Assembly: GCA_964566925.1 (NCBI GenBank)
Contig: CAZMIZ010000001.1
Span: forward strand, 7,248 to 71,247
Length of the DNA stretch: 64,000 bases
Reading direction: 5' to 3'
DNA from: an uncultured Gammaproteobacteria bacterium
GTDB taxonomy: Bacteria > Patescibacteriota > Microgenomatia > PFEM01 > DATLAM01
The translations under genes and the position numbers were made by a program. How positions within the stretch are numbered: position 1 is the first letter of the stretch; every line of letters begins with the position of its first letter. Below the pieces are notes generated by a model, which was not told the DNA's origin, searched no databases, and saw only the letters and a list, made by a program, of their open reading frames with translations. Shown piece by piece: positions 28,110 through 36,280 of this stretch.

Positions 28110-28793
28110 TTACTTCTTTAGTTTATCGTACCAATCGTCAAGGGTTTTAGCAACCACATCTTTGGCTCCGAGACCAATCGCTAAGCCAACTGCCAAAACG
28201 ATCGTGTAGGTTAAACCCGTAAAAAAGGTGTCAACCAGGTCCTGGGCCACTTTTAGCTCAGAAATGGCCGTAAAAAGGGCAATGACTAAAACCACCCAAC
28301 GAGCCAGTTGGCTAACCAGCTTCGCTGCCTCATGATCCACTGTTGCCAGGGCCCCTTTGACCAAACCTTCAACCAAATTGGCCACAAAAAACCCGACCGC
28401 GAAAATCAAGGCAGCCGAAACGACATTGGGAATATAAGCCAGAAAACCAGTCAAAACTTTAGAAACGGTAGTCAGGCCTAAAATGTCAACGGTAGCGATA
28501 AAGAAAACCAGGATAATAAACCACTTTACGAAAGCGCCAATTATTTGGGTGGTGGTAAATTTTATCTCAGCTCTTTTCCAAAAAGATTCAGCCCCGATTT
28601 TCCTAGCTAAATTCTGAAAACGAACCACCTCTAAAACACCTTCAACTATCTTCTTTGCCCAAGACGCAACTAAAAGACCAATCACAAAAACAACTAGAGC
28701 GCCAATAAACTGGGGCAGAAAACTGATAAAAGCCGACCAGATTGGCTGCCAAGCTTCAATCAAGGCTTGTTGCCAGTCTATCCAATAAGTCAT
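28110..28793 (-). CDS. TM-helix-repeat protein (CmpX / small mechanosensitive-channel TM region-like)
   Basis: FLPQFIGA and YIPNVVSA repeats, GLAIGLGAKD; SD AGGAGGTGA. Confidence 0.8.
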   Translation of the reverse strand: MTYWIDWQQALIEAWQPIWSAFISFLPQFIGALVVFVIGLLVASWAKKIVEGVLEVVRFQNLARKIGAESFWKRAEIKFTTTQIIGAFVKWFIILVFFIATVDILGLTTVSKVLTGFLAYIPNVVSAALIFAVGFFVANLVEGLVKGALATVDHEAAKLVSQLARWVVLVIALFTAISELKVAQDLVDTFFTGLTYTIVLAVGLAIGLGAKDVVAKTLDDWYDKLKK

Positions 28794-28812
28794 TTTTCAC
28801 CTCCTTTCCCGC

Positions 28813-28826
28813 CCGCCAGATGGCGG
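28813..28826. repeat. CCGCC-n-GGCGG palindromic mini-element
   Basis: CCGCCA-GA-TGGCGG immediately upstream of the SD of 28793. Confidence 0.5.
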
Positions 28827-28920
28827 ACTCCAAAATTCTTCTCTTTTATTGTGTGAAAAAATGGAGTGTTTGTCAAATTTTAAGCTTGTTTTTTGAGGTT
28901 AACCATGATAAAATAACTAT

Positions 28921-29194
28921 ACCTAGGAAGCTGGGTAACTGCTCTGCCTTTTATAAAAGACAGAGAGGAAAGTCCAGACAGCAGGAAGCAGGGTGTCCCG
29001 CGTAAGCGGGAGCGGGTAACCGACAGTGAAGCCACAGAGACGAGTCCCACGTCTAACGTGGGGGTGAAACGAGGCAATTCTCCCCGCTGCAACCTCCGAT
29101 CGGTGCGTTATGAGCTGCTTCCGCCAGCACCAAAGCTTGAGGGCATAGACAGATAGTTACCTAGAACAGAATCTGGCTTACGAGCTTCCTAGGT
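28921..29194 (+). ncRNA. rnpB: RNase P RNA (minimal type A-like)
   Basis: P1 ACCTAGGAAGCT/AGCTTCCTAGGT; GAGGAAAGTCCAGA pairs with ACAGAATCTGGCTTA (P4); GGTGAAACG; TGaTAAAAT 6 nt upstream; T run downstream. Confidence 0.95.
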
Positions 29195-29222
29195 TTTTTC
29201 TTGGTCTTTTTTAGAAATTTCT

Positions 29223-30209
29223 TTAAAATCCTTGAAGTTCCTTAGCTGTAAAAAACTCGGCAGCAACTACCTGAGCGACCAAAACGATAGGGACTGAGAG
29301 AATCGCTCCAGCGGCTCCTGCCAGTTTAAAGCCAATTGTCAGAGATAAAATCGTCACCAAGGGATTAACTCCAGCCACTCTCTCCATCACTTTAGGCACG
29401 ACCACTACATTTTCAATCTGCTGAATAAGAAAATAAAGCGCCGCCACTGCCAAGGCTAAAAGGGGTGAAGTAGCTAGGCCAGCCAAAATGGCCGGAATTG
29501 AGGCTAAAATTGGTCCTACATTAGGCACAATCTCTAAAATTCCAGCCAAAAGAGCCAGTGGTAAAGCAAAATCAATTCCTAAAAGCCGCAAACCTAGATA
29601 GCTGATAAGGCTGATAAAAACCATGAGCGTTATTTGAGCCCGGATCCAGCCGCCAAGCCGCTCCTCAACTTTGTCGATTAGTTTTTCTGCTTTTCCTTCA
29701 TCTTTTTTGCCAAAAAGAATTAAAAGATAACGATCCAGATTCTTTCGTTCGAGGAGAAGATAAAAAGTAATCACTATTAAAACGAAAAAGGCCAACATGT
29801 TTCCAAAAATCGCTATTGTTAAACGAAACAGGTTGGCTGGAATTGAACCTAGATGGCTAATTTGAGAACTAACAATTCTTTCGTCAACCGCTGGCAAACC
29901 CACTTTTTCTAAATAATCAGGCAAGCTTGTTACCAAGGTAGTTGTTTGATCAACTAATGGTGGGATTAAACAAGTCAAAATGACCCCGATGCCGCCGAAG
30001 ATAATTATATAAACGACAAGAATGGCTAGGGCTCGTGGGATCTTGAGTTTCTCCAGTCTATCAACCGCCGGGCTTAAAGCGGACATAATAATTAGAGAAA
30101 CAAAGAGGGCCAGGATAATCTGGCGAATTTGAAAAAGGACCCATAAAAGAAGAAGAAAGAAAACGGTAAAAACGATTGTCCGGTGAGAAATTTCAACTTT
30201 TTGCGGCAT
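29223..30209 (-). CDS. AI-2E family transporter (PerM-like)
   Basis: GGWIRAQ, VPNVGP, IQQIENVVVVPKVM, VNPL. Confidence 0.9.
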   Translation of the reverse strand: MPQKVEISHRTIVFTVFFLLLLWVLFQIRQIILALFVSLIIMSALSPAVDRLEKLKIPRALAILVVYIIIFGGIGVILTCLIPPLVDQTTTLVTSLPDYLEKVGLPAVDERIVSSQISHLGSIPANLFRLTIAIFGNMLAFFVLIVITFYLLLERKNLDRYLLILFGKKDEGKAEKLIDKVEERLGGWIRAQITLMVFISLISYLGLRLLGIDFALPLALLAGILEIVPNVGPILASIPAILAGLATSPLLALAVAALYFLIQQIENVVVVPKVMERVAGVNPLVTILSLTIGFKLAGAAGAILSVPIVLVAQVVAAEFFTAKELQGF

Positions 30210-31173
30210 CGGTTTTAGTATACCAGTCTTTGACCAGTTTTTCTACCCTCAACCCAAGCTCTGGCTTAGTAAAATCAAACCATTTAATCCTTTTATCCCT
30301 TTTAAACCAGGTTAACTGACGACGGGCATAAGTGTGCTCAGCAAACTGCCACTGCTCGATTGTCTCCTCTCTGGTAGTCTTACCCTCAAAATAAGAACCC
30401 CTCGCCTTGCTCGGGAACCTTGTTTCTCGCTGGCGCTCAAAATGGGCTTGCCATTCTTGATAGCCGATCGTTGCCCCTAAAGCCGAATTCTCCCAAGTAT
30501 AACCTCTTCCCAGCAACCTCTTAATTTCACCTTCGATCCCTTGTTTAACTCTCTCTCTTACCCGATCATCGATTCGCTGATAAAGGACTTCATTGGCGGC
30601 AGTCAGGCTGATCATTAAAACGTTGGAGGTTAGGCGTTGGATATTAAAAGATTTTTTATTAGCAAGGGCGATTTCGATTGCTCTAATCAATCTTCGAGGG
30701 TTTTGCCTGTCCGACTGGTTCATCTTCTCCCATTTTCTAGGATCTAGCCTCTTTAATTTATCCTTTAATTCCTCAATTTCCAATTTATCTAATTCTTTTC
30801 TTAATTCCCAATTCGGTTCAATCCCCAAACTTTCTATTCCATCAACTATGGCTTTAATATAAAAACCGGTGCCACCAACAATAATCGGCAATTTTTTCTT
30901 TCTCCAAATTTCTTTAATCGCCTTCCAGGCTAATTGATAGTATTTGGCGACGTTAAATTCCTGATCAGGCTTAATAACATCAATTAAATGGACAGGAATT
31001 TTCGATTTCCTGATAACTTCCAGATCTTTGCCGGTACCAATGTCCATCCCTTTGTAAACTTGTCGGCTATCAGCGGAAATAATTTCGCCTTTAAACTTTT
31101 TTGCCAAATGGATTCCCAATGAAGTTTTCCCAGTAGCCGTTGGTCCACAAATAACTAAAAGTGGTTTTGCCAT
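30193..31173 (-). CDS. miaA: tRNA dimethylallyltransferase, carrying in-frame insertions
   Basis: GPTATGKT, ISADSRQVYKGMDIGT, VGGTGFY, IGYQE, YARRQLTWF. Confidence 0.95.
   Translation of the reverse strand: MAKPLLVICGPTATGKTSLGIHLAKKFKGEIISADSRQVYKGMDIGTGKDLEVIRKSKIPVHLIDVIKPDQEFNVAKYYQLAWKAIKEIWRKKKLPIIVGGTGFYIKAIVDGIESLGIEPNWELRKELDKLEIEELKDKLKRLDPRKWEKMNQSDRQNPRRLIRAIEIALANKKSFNIQRLTSNVLMISLTAANEVLYQRIDDRVRERVKQGIEGEIKRLLGRGYTWENSALGATIGYQEWQAHFERQRETRFPSKARGSYFEGKTTREETIEQWQFAEHTYARRQLTWFKRDKRIKWFDFTKPELGLRVEKLVKDWYTKTDAAKS
30385..30443. repeat. 51-nt in-frame insertion in miaA bounded by 8-bp direct repeat
   Basis: CTCAAAAT at 30385-30392 and 30436-30443; adds about HFERQRETRFPSKARGS. 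Confidence 0.7.
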
Positions 31174-31211
31174 GATGTGGTAATATATTATAACTGAAAG
31201 GGGGTGAAGAG

Positions 31212-31796
31212 ATGAAACAAACGCTGGAGAATTTAACCAAAGCCTTTATTGGGGAAAGCCAAGCCAGAAATCGCTATACCTTCTACGCCAAGATTGCCAG
31301 AAAAGAAGGATATGAGCAAATTGCCGAGACTTTCTTAGTGACTGCCGAAAACGAAAAAGAACACGCCAAAAGACTGTTTGAACATATTCAGGAATTGAAA
31401 AAGAGAATGAGGCAAAAAATGGATGAGCTGGAAGTTGAGGCCTTAGCCCCCACGGTCTACGGCAAAACAGCTGATAATCTTCAAGCGGCCATCGATGGCG
31501 AGCATTATGAATACTCTGAAATGTATCCGGATTTTGCTAAGGTAGCCGCTAAAGAAGGCTTACCCCATATTGCCAAAAGATTAAGAGCGATTGCCATTGC
31601 CGAAAAACATCACGAGGAAAGATACAAAAAGCTTCTTAAAGAAGTCAAGGCAAAATCCGTTTTTAAGAAAAGGAAAAATGTTTGGTGGGTTTGCCGCGAA
31701 TGTGGCTATGTCCACTACGGCAAGCAGCCGCCAAAGAAGTGCCCATCCTGCGACCATCCACGAAGTTTTTATCAGATTTTGTGTGAAGAGTACTAA
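31212..31796 (+). CDS. rbr: Rubrerythrin
   Basis: [21 protein letters not shown]...YP.F, EKHHE, C-terminal CRECG..CPSC rubredoxin domain. Confidence 0.95.
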   Translation: MKQTLENLTKAFIGESQARNRYTFYAKIARKEGYEQIAETFLVTAENEKEHAKRLFEHIQELKKRMRQKMDELEVEALAPTVYGKTADNLQAAIDGEHYEYSEMYPDFAKVAAKEGLPHIAKRLRAIAIAEKHHEERYKKLLKEVKAKSVFKKRKNVWWVCRECGYVHYGKQPPKKCPSCDHPRSFYQILCEEY

Positions 31797-31812
31797 CTAA
31801 AAGGGGGTGAGA

Positions 31813-31935
31813 ATGATGTGTAAAACTTGCGGCTGTCGCCCTTGCCGATGCGGCCGAGAGATCAAAGATAAGGTTTGCCAAGGTTGCGGCAAGCCTTATG
31901 ATGAATGCGACTGCGAAGAGAAAAAAGAAAAGTAG
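31813..31935 (+). CDS. 40-aa Cys-rich metallothionein-like protein, absent from the ORF track
   Basis: MMCKTCGCRPCRCGREIKDKVCQGCGKPYDECDCEEKKEK (9 Cys); SD GGGGGTGA as in rbr; fills the rbr-dfx gap. Confidence 0.75.
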   Translation: MMCKTCGCRPCRCGREIKDKVCQGCGKPYDECDCEEKKEK

Positions 31936-31951
31936 CTAATCGGATTCCAAA

Positions 31952-32326
31952 ATGACGAAACTAAATCAAATTTACAAATGTAATGTTTGTGGGAATGTTG
32001 TCACCGTTTTACACGCTGGTGTGGGTCAACTGGTTTGTTGCGGCCAACCAATGGAACTGTTGACTGAAAAAACTAAGGATGAGGGGCTGGAAAAACATGT
32101 TCCGGTGATTGAAAAAACCGAAATCGGCGTTAAGGTTAAAGTAGGTTCTGTTCCCCATCCGATGGAGAGAAAGCACTTTATTGAATGGATTGAAATCATC
32201 GCTGATGGTCAGGTTTATCGGCAATTTCTAAAGCCAGGGAGCCCACCCGAAGCTGATTTTACGATCAAAGCAGAAAAGATTCAGGCGCGTGAATATTGTA
32301 ATGTTCACGGCCTTTGGAAATCATGA
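31952..32326 (+). CDS. dfx: Desulfoferrodoxin (2Fe superoxide reductase)
   Basis: [36 protein letters not shown]. Confidence 0.95.
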   Translation: MTKLNQIYKCNVCGNVVTVLHAGVGQLVCCGQPMELLTEKTKDEGLEKHVPVIEKTEIGVKVKVGSVPHPMERKHFIEWIEIIADGQVYRQFLKPGSPPEADFTIKAEKIQAREYCNVHGLWKS

Positions 32327-33370
32327 AGGTTGATTAATTAGCCTCTCTAAGATCTGCCACCTTCTTTTCTTTTCTTCAGGTGAAACATTATCTTTTAATT
32401 TAAAGGCGGTGGTCCCAGGGCGCGGTGAATAGCGAGCGATGTAAGCTTTAACAAAGCCCACTTTCTGACAAAGTTTAACCGTGTTTTCGAAGGATTTTTT
32501 TGTTTCGCCGGGAAAGCCAACAATAATATCTGTCCCGATTTTAATATCAGGAATCTTCTTTTTGATTTTTTTCACTAATTTAATATATTGAAGTGGGGTG
32601 TAAGGCCGATTCATTTTCTTTAAAATCCGGCTATCACCTGACTGAACCGGTAAATGGAGATAATGATCAATTTTCGGAAGAGCCATCGCCTCAACAATCT
32701 CCCCTGTTAAATCCCAGGGGTTTGAAGTAAGAAAGGAAATCTTTTTAATCCCCTTGATTTGGTGAACTCGCTTTAAAAGCTGGGCAAAATTCCTTTTTGG
32801 TTTCGATCCTTTTCCATAAGAATTAACGTTTTGGCCTAATAAAACAATTTCTTGATAGCCTCTCTTCGCTAAGGATTCAATTTCATAGATAATTTCTTTA
32901 AACGGTCGGCTAATTTCTTTTCCTCGGGCATAAGGAACTACACAATAAGAACAGAAGTGGTCACACCCCTCCATAATGGGCACAAAAGCACTGATTTTCT
33001 TCTTTCTTTTCGGGGTTATTTTTTCAGAACCAACTAGCTCTTCAATAGTTTTAAATTCGTCAACTTGAGGTAAGCGCCTTTTAAGGGCAAACGGCGAATA
33101 ACGTCGTCTCTCGCCTCGCGCAGAACCAAACATACAACCAGTAAGAATGATTTTTTGCTGTTTTCTTTTTTGTCCAGCTAGATTGTTAACCAAACCAAAA
33201 ACCCGGTTTTCGGCGGATTCGCGCACCGAACAGGTATTAATAATAACAATGTCTGCCTTTTCAATTTTCTTTGCTAGTCGATAGCCCTTTTTCTCAAACA
33301 CGGCAGCTAACTTTTCCGAATCCGCCTCATTAGCCTGGCATCCGTATGTCTTAATGAAACAGGTTTTCAT
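32321..33370 (-). CDS. miaB: MiaB-family methylthiotransferase lacking C-terminal TRAM domain
   Basis: [49 protein letters not shown]; start moved to ATG 33370. Confidence 0.85.
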   Translation of the reverse strand: MKTCFIKTYGCQANEADSEKLAAVFEKKGYRLAKKIEKADIVIINTCSVRESAENRVFGLVNNLAGQKRKQQKIILTGCMFGSARGERRRYSPFALKRRLPQVDEFKTIEELVGSEKITPKRKKKISAFVPIMEGCDHFCSYCVVPYARGKEISRPFKEIIYEIESLAKRGYQEIVLLGQNVNSYGKGSKPKRNFAQLLKRVHQIKGIKKISFLTSNPWDLTGEIVEAMALPKIDHYLHLPVQSGDSRILKKMNRPYTPLQYIKLVKKIKKKIPDIKIGTDIIVGFPGETKKSFENTVKLCQKVGFVKAYIARYSPRPGTTAFKLKDNVSPEEKKRRWQILERLINQPS

Positions 33371-33433
33371 TGTGGATAATTTTATCATCTTTAGTTTGAC
33401 CTTTAAAGGTAAATCTGCTATTTTCCAATTGAA

Positions 33434-33940
33434 ATGGCAGCAAGAGAAGAAATCAGGCCGGCGAATGAAGAAATGGCACCCGGTCAAAGCCTTTATCTCC
33501 AAGCAATGGGTTGCCTTAACGAAAAGACGGGGAAAAATTCGAAAGTGTCTGGTTATCTAGATCGTAATGAAGAGATAAAACAAGCCGCCCAAGCGCTCGG
33601 CTTATCAGATGGAGGGAAATTACCCTCTTTCTCTTCTCTGCGTTTCAGGCTTTCTCAGGGGCGCAGACGGTTAATTGGGAAAAAAGAAGTTAGGCTTCGA
33701 GTGGAGGCAAAATTAAGGACTGAAACAATAAAAATCTTGATTCTAGCTGTTACTTCTGATGGTGAGTGCCAACATAAAATAACCCAGAGAGGTTCAATTA
33801 TTATTGGCCCTTATGGAGTCGAGGAAAACGATAAAACGGGAACTGTTAGACCGAAAAGAAAAACCACGGCAGAGGAAATAGGTGCTTGTCAGATCCTTTT
33901 AGCTGGGATTGAGAGCCAGGCAAGACAATCTGATACTTAA
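33434..33940 (+). CDS. Hypothetical protein
   Basis: 168-aa ORF divergent from miaB; no motif recognised. Confidence 0.5.
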   Translation: MAAREEIRPANEEMAPGQSLYLQAMGCLNEKTGKNSKVSGYLDRNEEIKQAAQALGLSDGGKLPSFSSLRFRLSQGRRRLIGKKEVRLRVEAKLRTETIKILILAVTSDGECQHKITQRGSIIIGPYGVEENDKTGTVRPKRKTTAEEIGACQILLAGIESQARQSDT

Positions 33941-33953
33941 AAACCTGCTTGGG

Positions 33954-34640
33954 CTATTTTCTCCAAAAATCATAATTCCCGCCTAAGAAAATGCTGATTC
34001 GGCCAAGAAAGTCTTGGAAGAAACAAGCCAAGGGATAAAGAAAAGGTAGTCTTGTTTTTTTATAGTAAAAATCAATGATAGAAAAACCCTTAGGCGGCTT
34101 TTGAATTTTTCGATCCTCAAAAGCAGCTAGGTCATACCTTCTTTTAGGGTTACCTTGAGAGGTCAAGATTCCATAATAAGCGGTCATCGCCGGGACACCA
34201 ATAAATCTGGCCCCGTAAAAAGAATAGCGCGTCGGTTTGATCGCCTCGCTATGGGCAATGGCGCTGATATTTTTGGAGATCTTGCTAATAAAATTTTGAT
34301 TTTCGTCAAATTTGCCAAGAAAAATAGTTAACGTGAGTAAATCTTTACTTAATGCCTCAACCCAAAGAAAATCAAAACCAAAAAGGGTAAATCTTTTTTC
34401 TTTAATCTGGTAACCGGCTTTTTCTAGTTCCTGATAAAGTATTTTTTTATCTTCGGTCTCAATCATTAAATCAATATCGCCTAGCTTTCTTTGTGGTCGC
34501 CCTAAAAGGGCGGCCGGAATGACTGAGCCAAAAATTCGATATTTAATCTTTAAGTCAGCCAAAATTTTACTTAAAAGCCTAATCGTTCTTCTAAGCTTCT
34601 CTCTTTCCTTCTTTGAGATTTGAGAAAATCGACTACTCAT
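33954..34640 (-). CDS. Nucleotidyltransferase family protein
   Basis: IFGS...GDIDL pol-beta-superfamily signature; ATGA overlap with upstream MFS. Confidence 0.65.
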   Translation of the reverse strand: MSSRFSQISKKEREKLRRTIRLLSKILADLKIKYRIFGSVIPAALLGRPQRKLGDIDLMIETEDKKILYQELEKAGYQIKEKRFTLFGFDFLWVEALSKDLLTLTIFLGKFDENQNFISKISKNISAIAHSEAIKPTRYSFYGARFIGVPAMTAYYGILTSQGNPKRRYDLAAFEDRKIQKPPKGFSIIDFYYKKTRLPFLYPLACFFQDFLGRISIFLGGNYDFWRK

Positions 34641-35887
34641 CGCTCAGCCTTTACTAAATTTTCGATTGCTTTTAAGCTAATAAATGGGGCGAAGCCAATG
34701 ATAACGACTATTAATCGATAAACGACGTCAAAGGAAAAATAGTTAGTCAGAAAAATTAAAAGGGTTATCCCAAAAATCCTTCCAAGGTTAAGGAAAATCT
34801 CAATGTCTACTAAGTAAAGATATCTTTGGCCTGCGGGCAGATATCCCCCATCCATCTCTCTCATCTCTGTTGGAATATGGATTGTCCAAAGAAAGGTATC
34901 ACCAATGGTTACCATTGTTGAATAGATAAAAAAGCCAATAAGGGAAAAGTTTATTCCGAAAACCAGTGAGCCGAAAAAGAAAACAACCACTCCCAAAATC
35001 GTTATTAATAGTCGTCTTTCTGGAAGGGCGTAACGACCAGCCAAATAGGCAGCCAGAGCACAAATCGCCCCCATCAAACCATTAAACCAACCGACTTCCA
35101 GTTCTTTGCCAAAAAATTCATAAGCTAAAAGACCAAAAGAGAAGAAAAATATCCCGCTGGAGATTCCGTGAGCCATGTTTAGAAATCTGACGCTGATCCA
35201 CTTTTTACTCTTATTTGTTAAAAAGAGATTTCTAAAAGAGAATTTTGAATGTTTTTCTTCAGACTTAATCCTGCCAGCAAAAATGGCGGCCATTAAAAAA
35301 ATTAGTCCGGCAATTAAAAAAGAAAGGTAGTATGAATAACTAATATTTAGGTGAAGTCTGTTTTGTCCTAACGACTCAATCACAAATCCTGCCAAAGGAG
35401 GAGCAATAATCCCAAGGATTGAACTTAAAGAGATGTCTAAGCCGCTAAAGTAGGCTCGGATTCTATCGTAAGTCAGGTCATAGATAAGCAGGTTCATGTT
35501 GGCCCAATAAAAAGCGCTGCTTAGTCCATTAATAAATCCCAAGGGAATTAAAAACTGAAAAGCTTTATCTTTTAACAAAATCAGAATAAAAGGAAAGGCG
35601 GATTGAAAAAGAAGGCCCATTTGAAAAGCAGTTTTATTGCTAATCTTTCCCAGCAAGAAACCGTTAATAATAAAGCCGACTGGTAGGCCAATAAAATAAA
35701 AAAGATTGAAAAAGCCAATTGCCTGGAGACTATTCACCTCCCGCCACAAATAAACATTTAAAAAAAGGCCAATGAATGGCCCGGCAAACCAAAAAAGGCC
35801 CGAACAAAGCAAGAGAAGTTTGCTGTCCCGACTCAATTCTTGAAAAACAGCAATTTCTCTTTCGATTCTGGAAATTATTCTTTTCAC
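34637..35887 (-). CDS. MFS transporter (YqgE-like)
   Basis: FLNVYLW, FYW, EIFLNLGR; about 12 TM. Confidence 0.8.
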   Translation of the reverse strand: MKRIISRIEREIAVFQELSRDSKLLLLCSGLFWFAGPFIGLFLNVYLWREVNSLQAIGFFNLFYFIGLPVGFIINGFLLGKISNKTAFQMGLLFQSAFPFILILLKDKAFQFLIPLGFINGLSSAFYWANMNLLIYDLTYDRIRAYFSGLDISLSSILGIIAPPLAGFVIESLGQNRLHLNISYSYYLSFLIAGLIFLMAAIFAGRIKSEEKHSKFSFRNLFLTNKSKKWISVRFLNMAHGISSGIFFFSFGLLAYEFFGKELEVGWFNGLMGAICALAAYLAGRYALPERRLLITILGVVVFFFGSLVFGINFSLIGFFIYSTMVTIGDTFLWTIHIPTEMREMDGGYLPAGQRYLYLVDIEIFLNLGRIFGITLLIFLTNYFSFDVVYRLIVVIIGFAPFISLKAIENLVKAER

Positions 35888-35996
35888 AATCAGTCTTTAG
35901 ATTTTAATTATACCGTCTCCTGCGTCATAGTTAAACTATGAAGGTGTTTTTTCTTGATCGTCTGGAGCTATTTATAAAGAGATGATTAAAAAGATG

Positions 35997-36035
35997 AAAA
36001 AAGAAAGCGGTGCTTTTTAGCTAAGCACCGCTTTT
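35997..36035 (-). terminator. Intrinsic terminator
   Basis: 12-bp stem AAAGCGGTGCTT/AAGCACCGCTTT with U-rich tail on the minus strand. Confidence 0.8.
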
Positions 36036-36047
36036 AATGGGAGGCGC

Positions 36048-36089
36048 TTACTTTTTCTTCTTGCCTCCCTTTTTCTTCTTTCGGGCCAC
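36048..36089 (-). CDS. 13-aa Lys-rich peptide MARKKKKGGKKKK
   Basis: GGGAGGTG 6 nt before GTG 36089, TAA at 36050-36048, terminator directly after. Confidence 0.55.
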   Translation of the reverse strand: MARKKKKGGKKKK

Positions 36090-36185
36090 AATCACCACCT
36101 CCCTTCAGTCACTAAAAAAGACTCTCAAGGAATTTGGTGAGAGCCTCTAAAAATCAAACTCGAAGATATTAAATTTTTGGGCACA

Positions 36186-36244
36186 TTTTTAGGTTTATTT
36201 CTAAACCTAAAAACTATATAAATCTTTTTAAAGCAATTTGTCAA
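36186..36244 (-). promoter_or_regulatory. Probable promoter and 12-bp inverted repeat upstream of the peptide
   Basis: TTGACA 36244-36239, AT-rich TATATAGT further down, TTTTTAGGTTTA-tttc-TAAACCTAAAAA at 36186-36213. Confidence 0.5.
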
Positions 36245-36280
36245 GATATCAAAGAAGATCAATTCAATAACGGCTTCTGG

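Noticed and set aside
28742-29092. ORFs 28742..29005 (+) and 28880..29092 (-)
   Set aside because: They overlap the rnpB RNA and its promoter and have no protein motifs.
33371-33502. N-terminal extension of MiaB in the ORF track
   Set aside because: It overlaps the divergent ORF, and a -10 box lies 8 nt before ATG 33370; similar over-extensions were trimmed for cca, secD, the BpsA-like gene, rplF, rplE, rplP, rpsC, rplW and infA.
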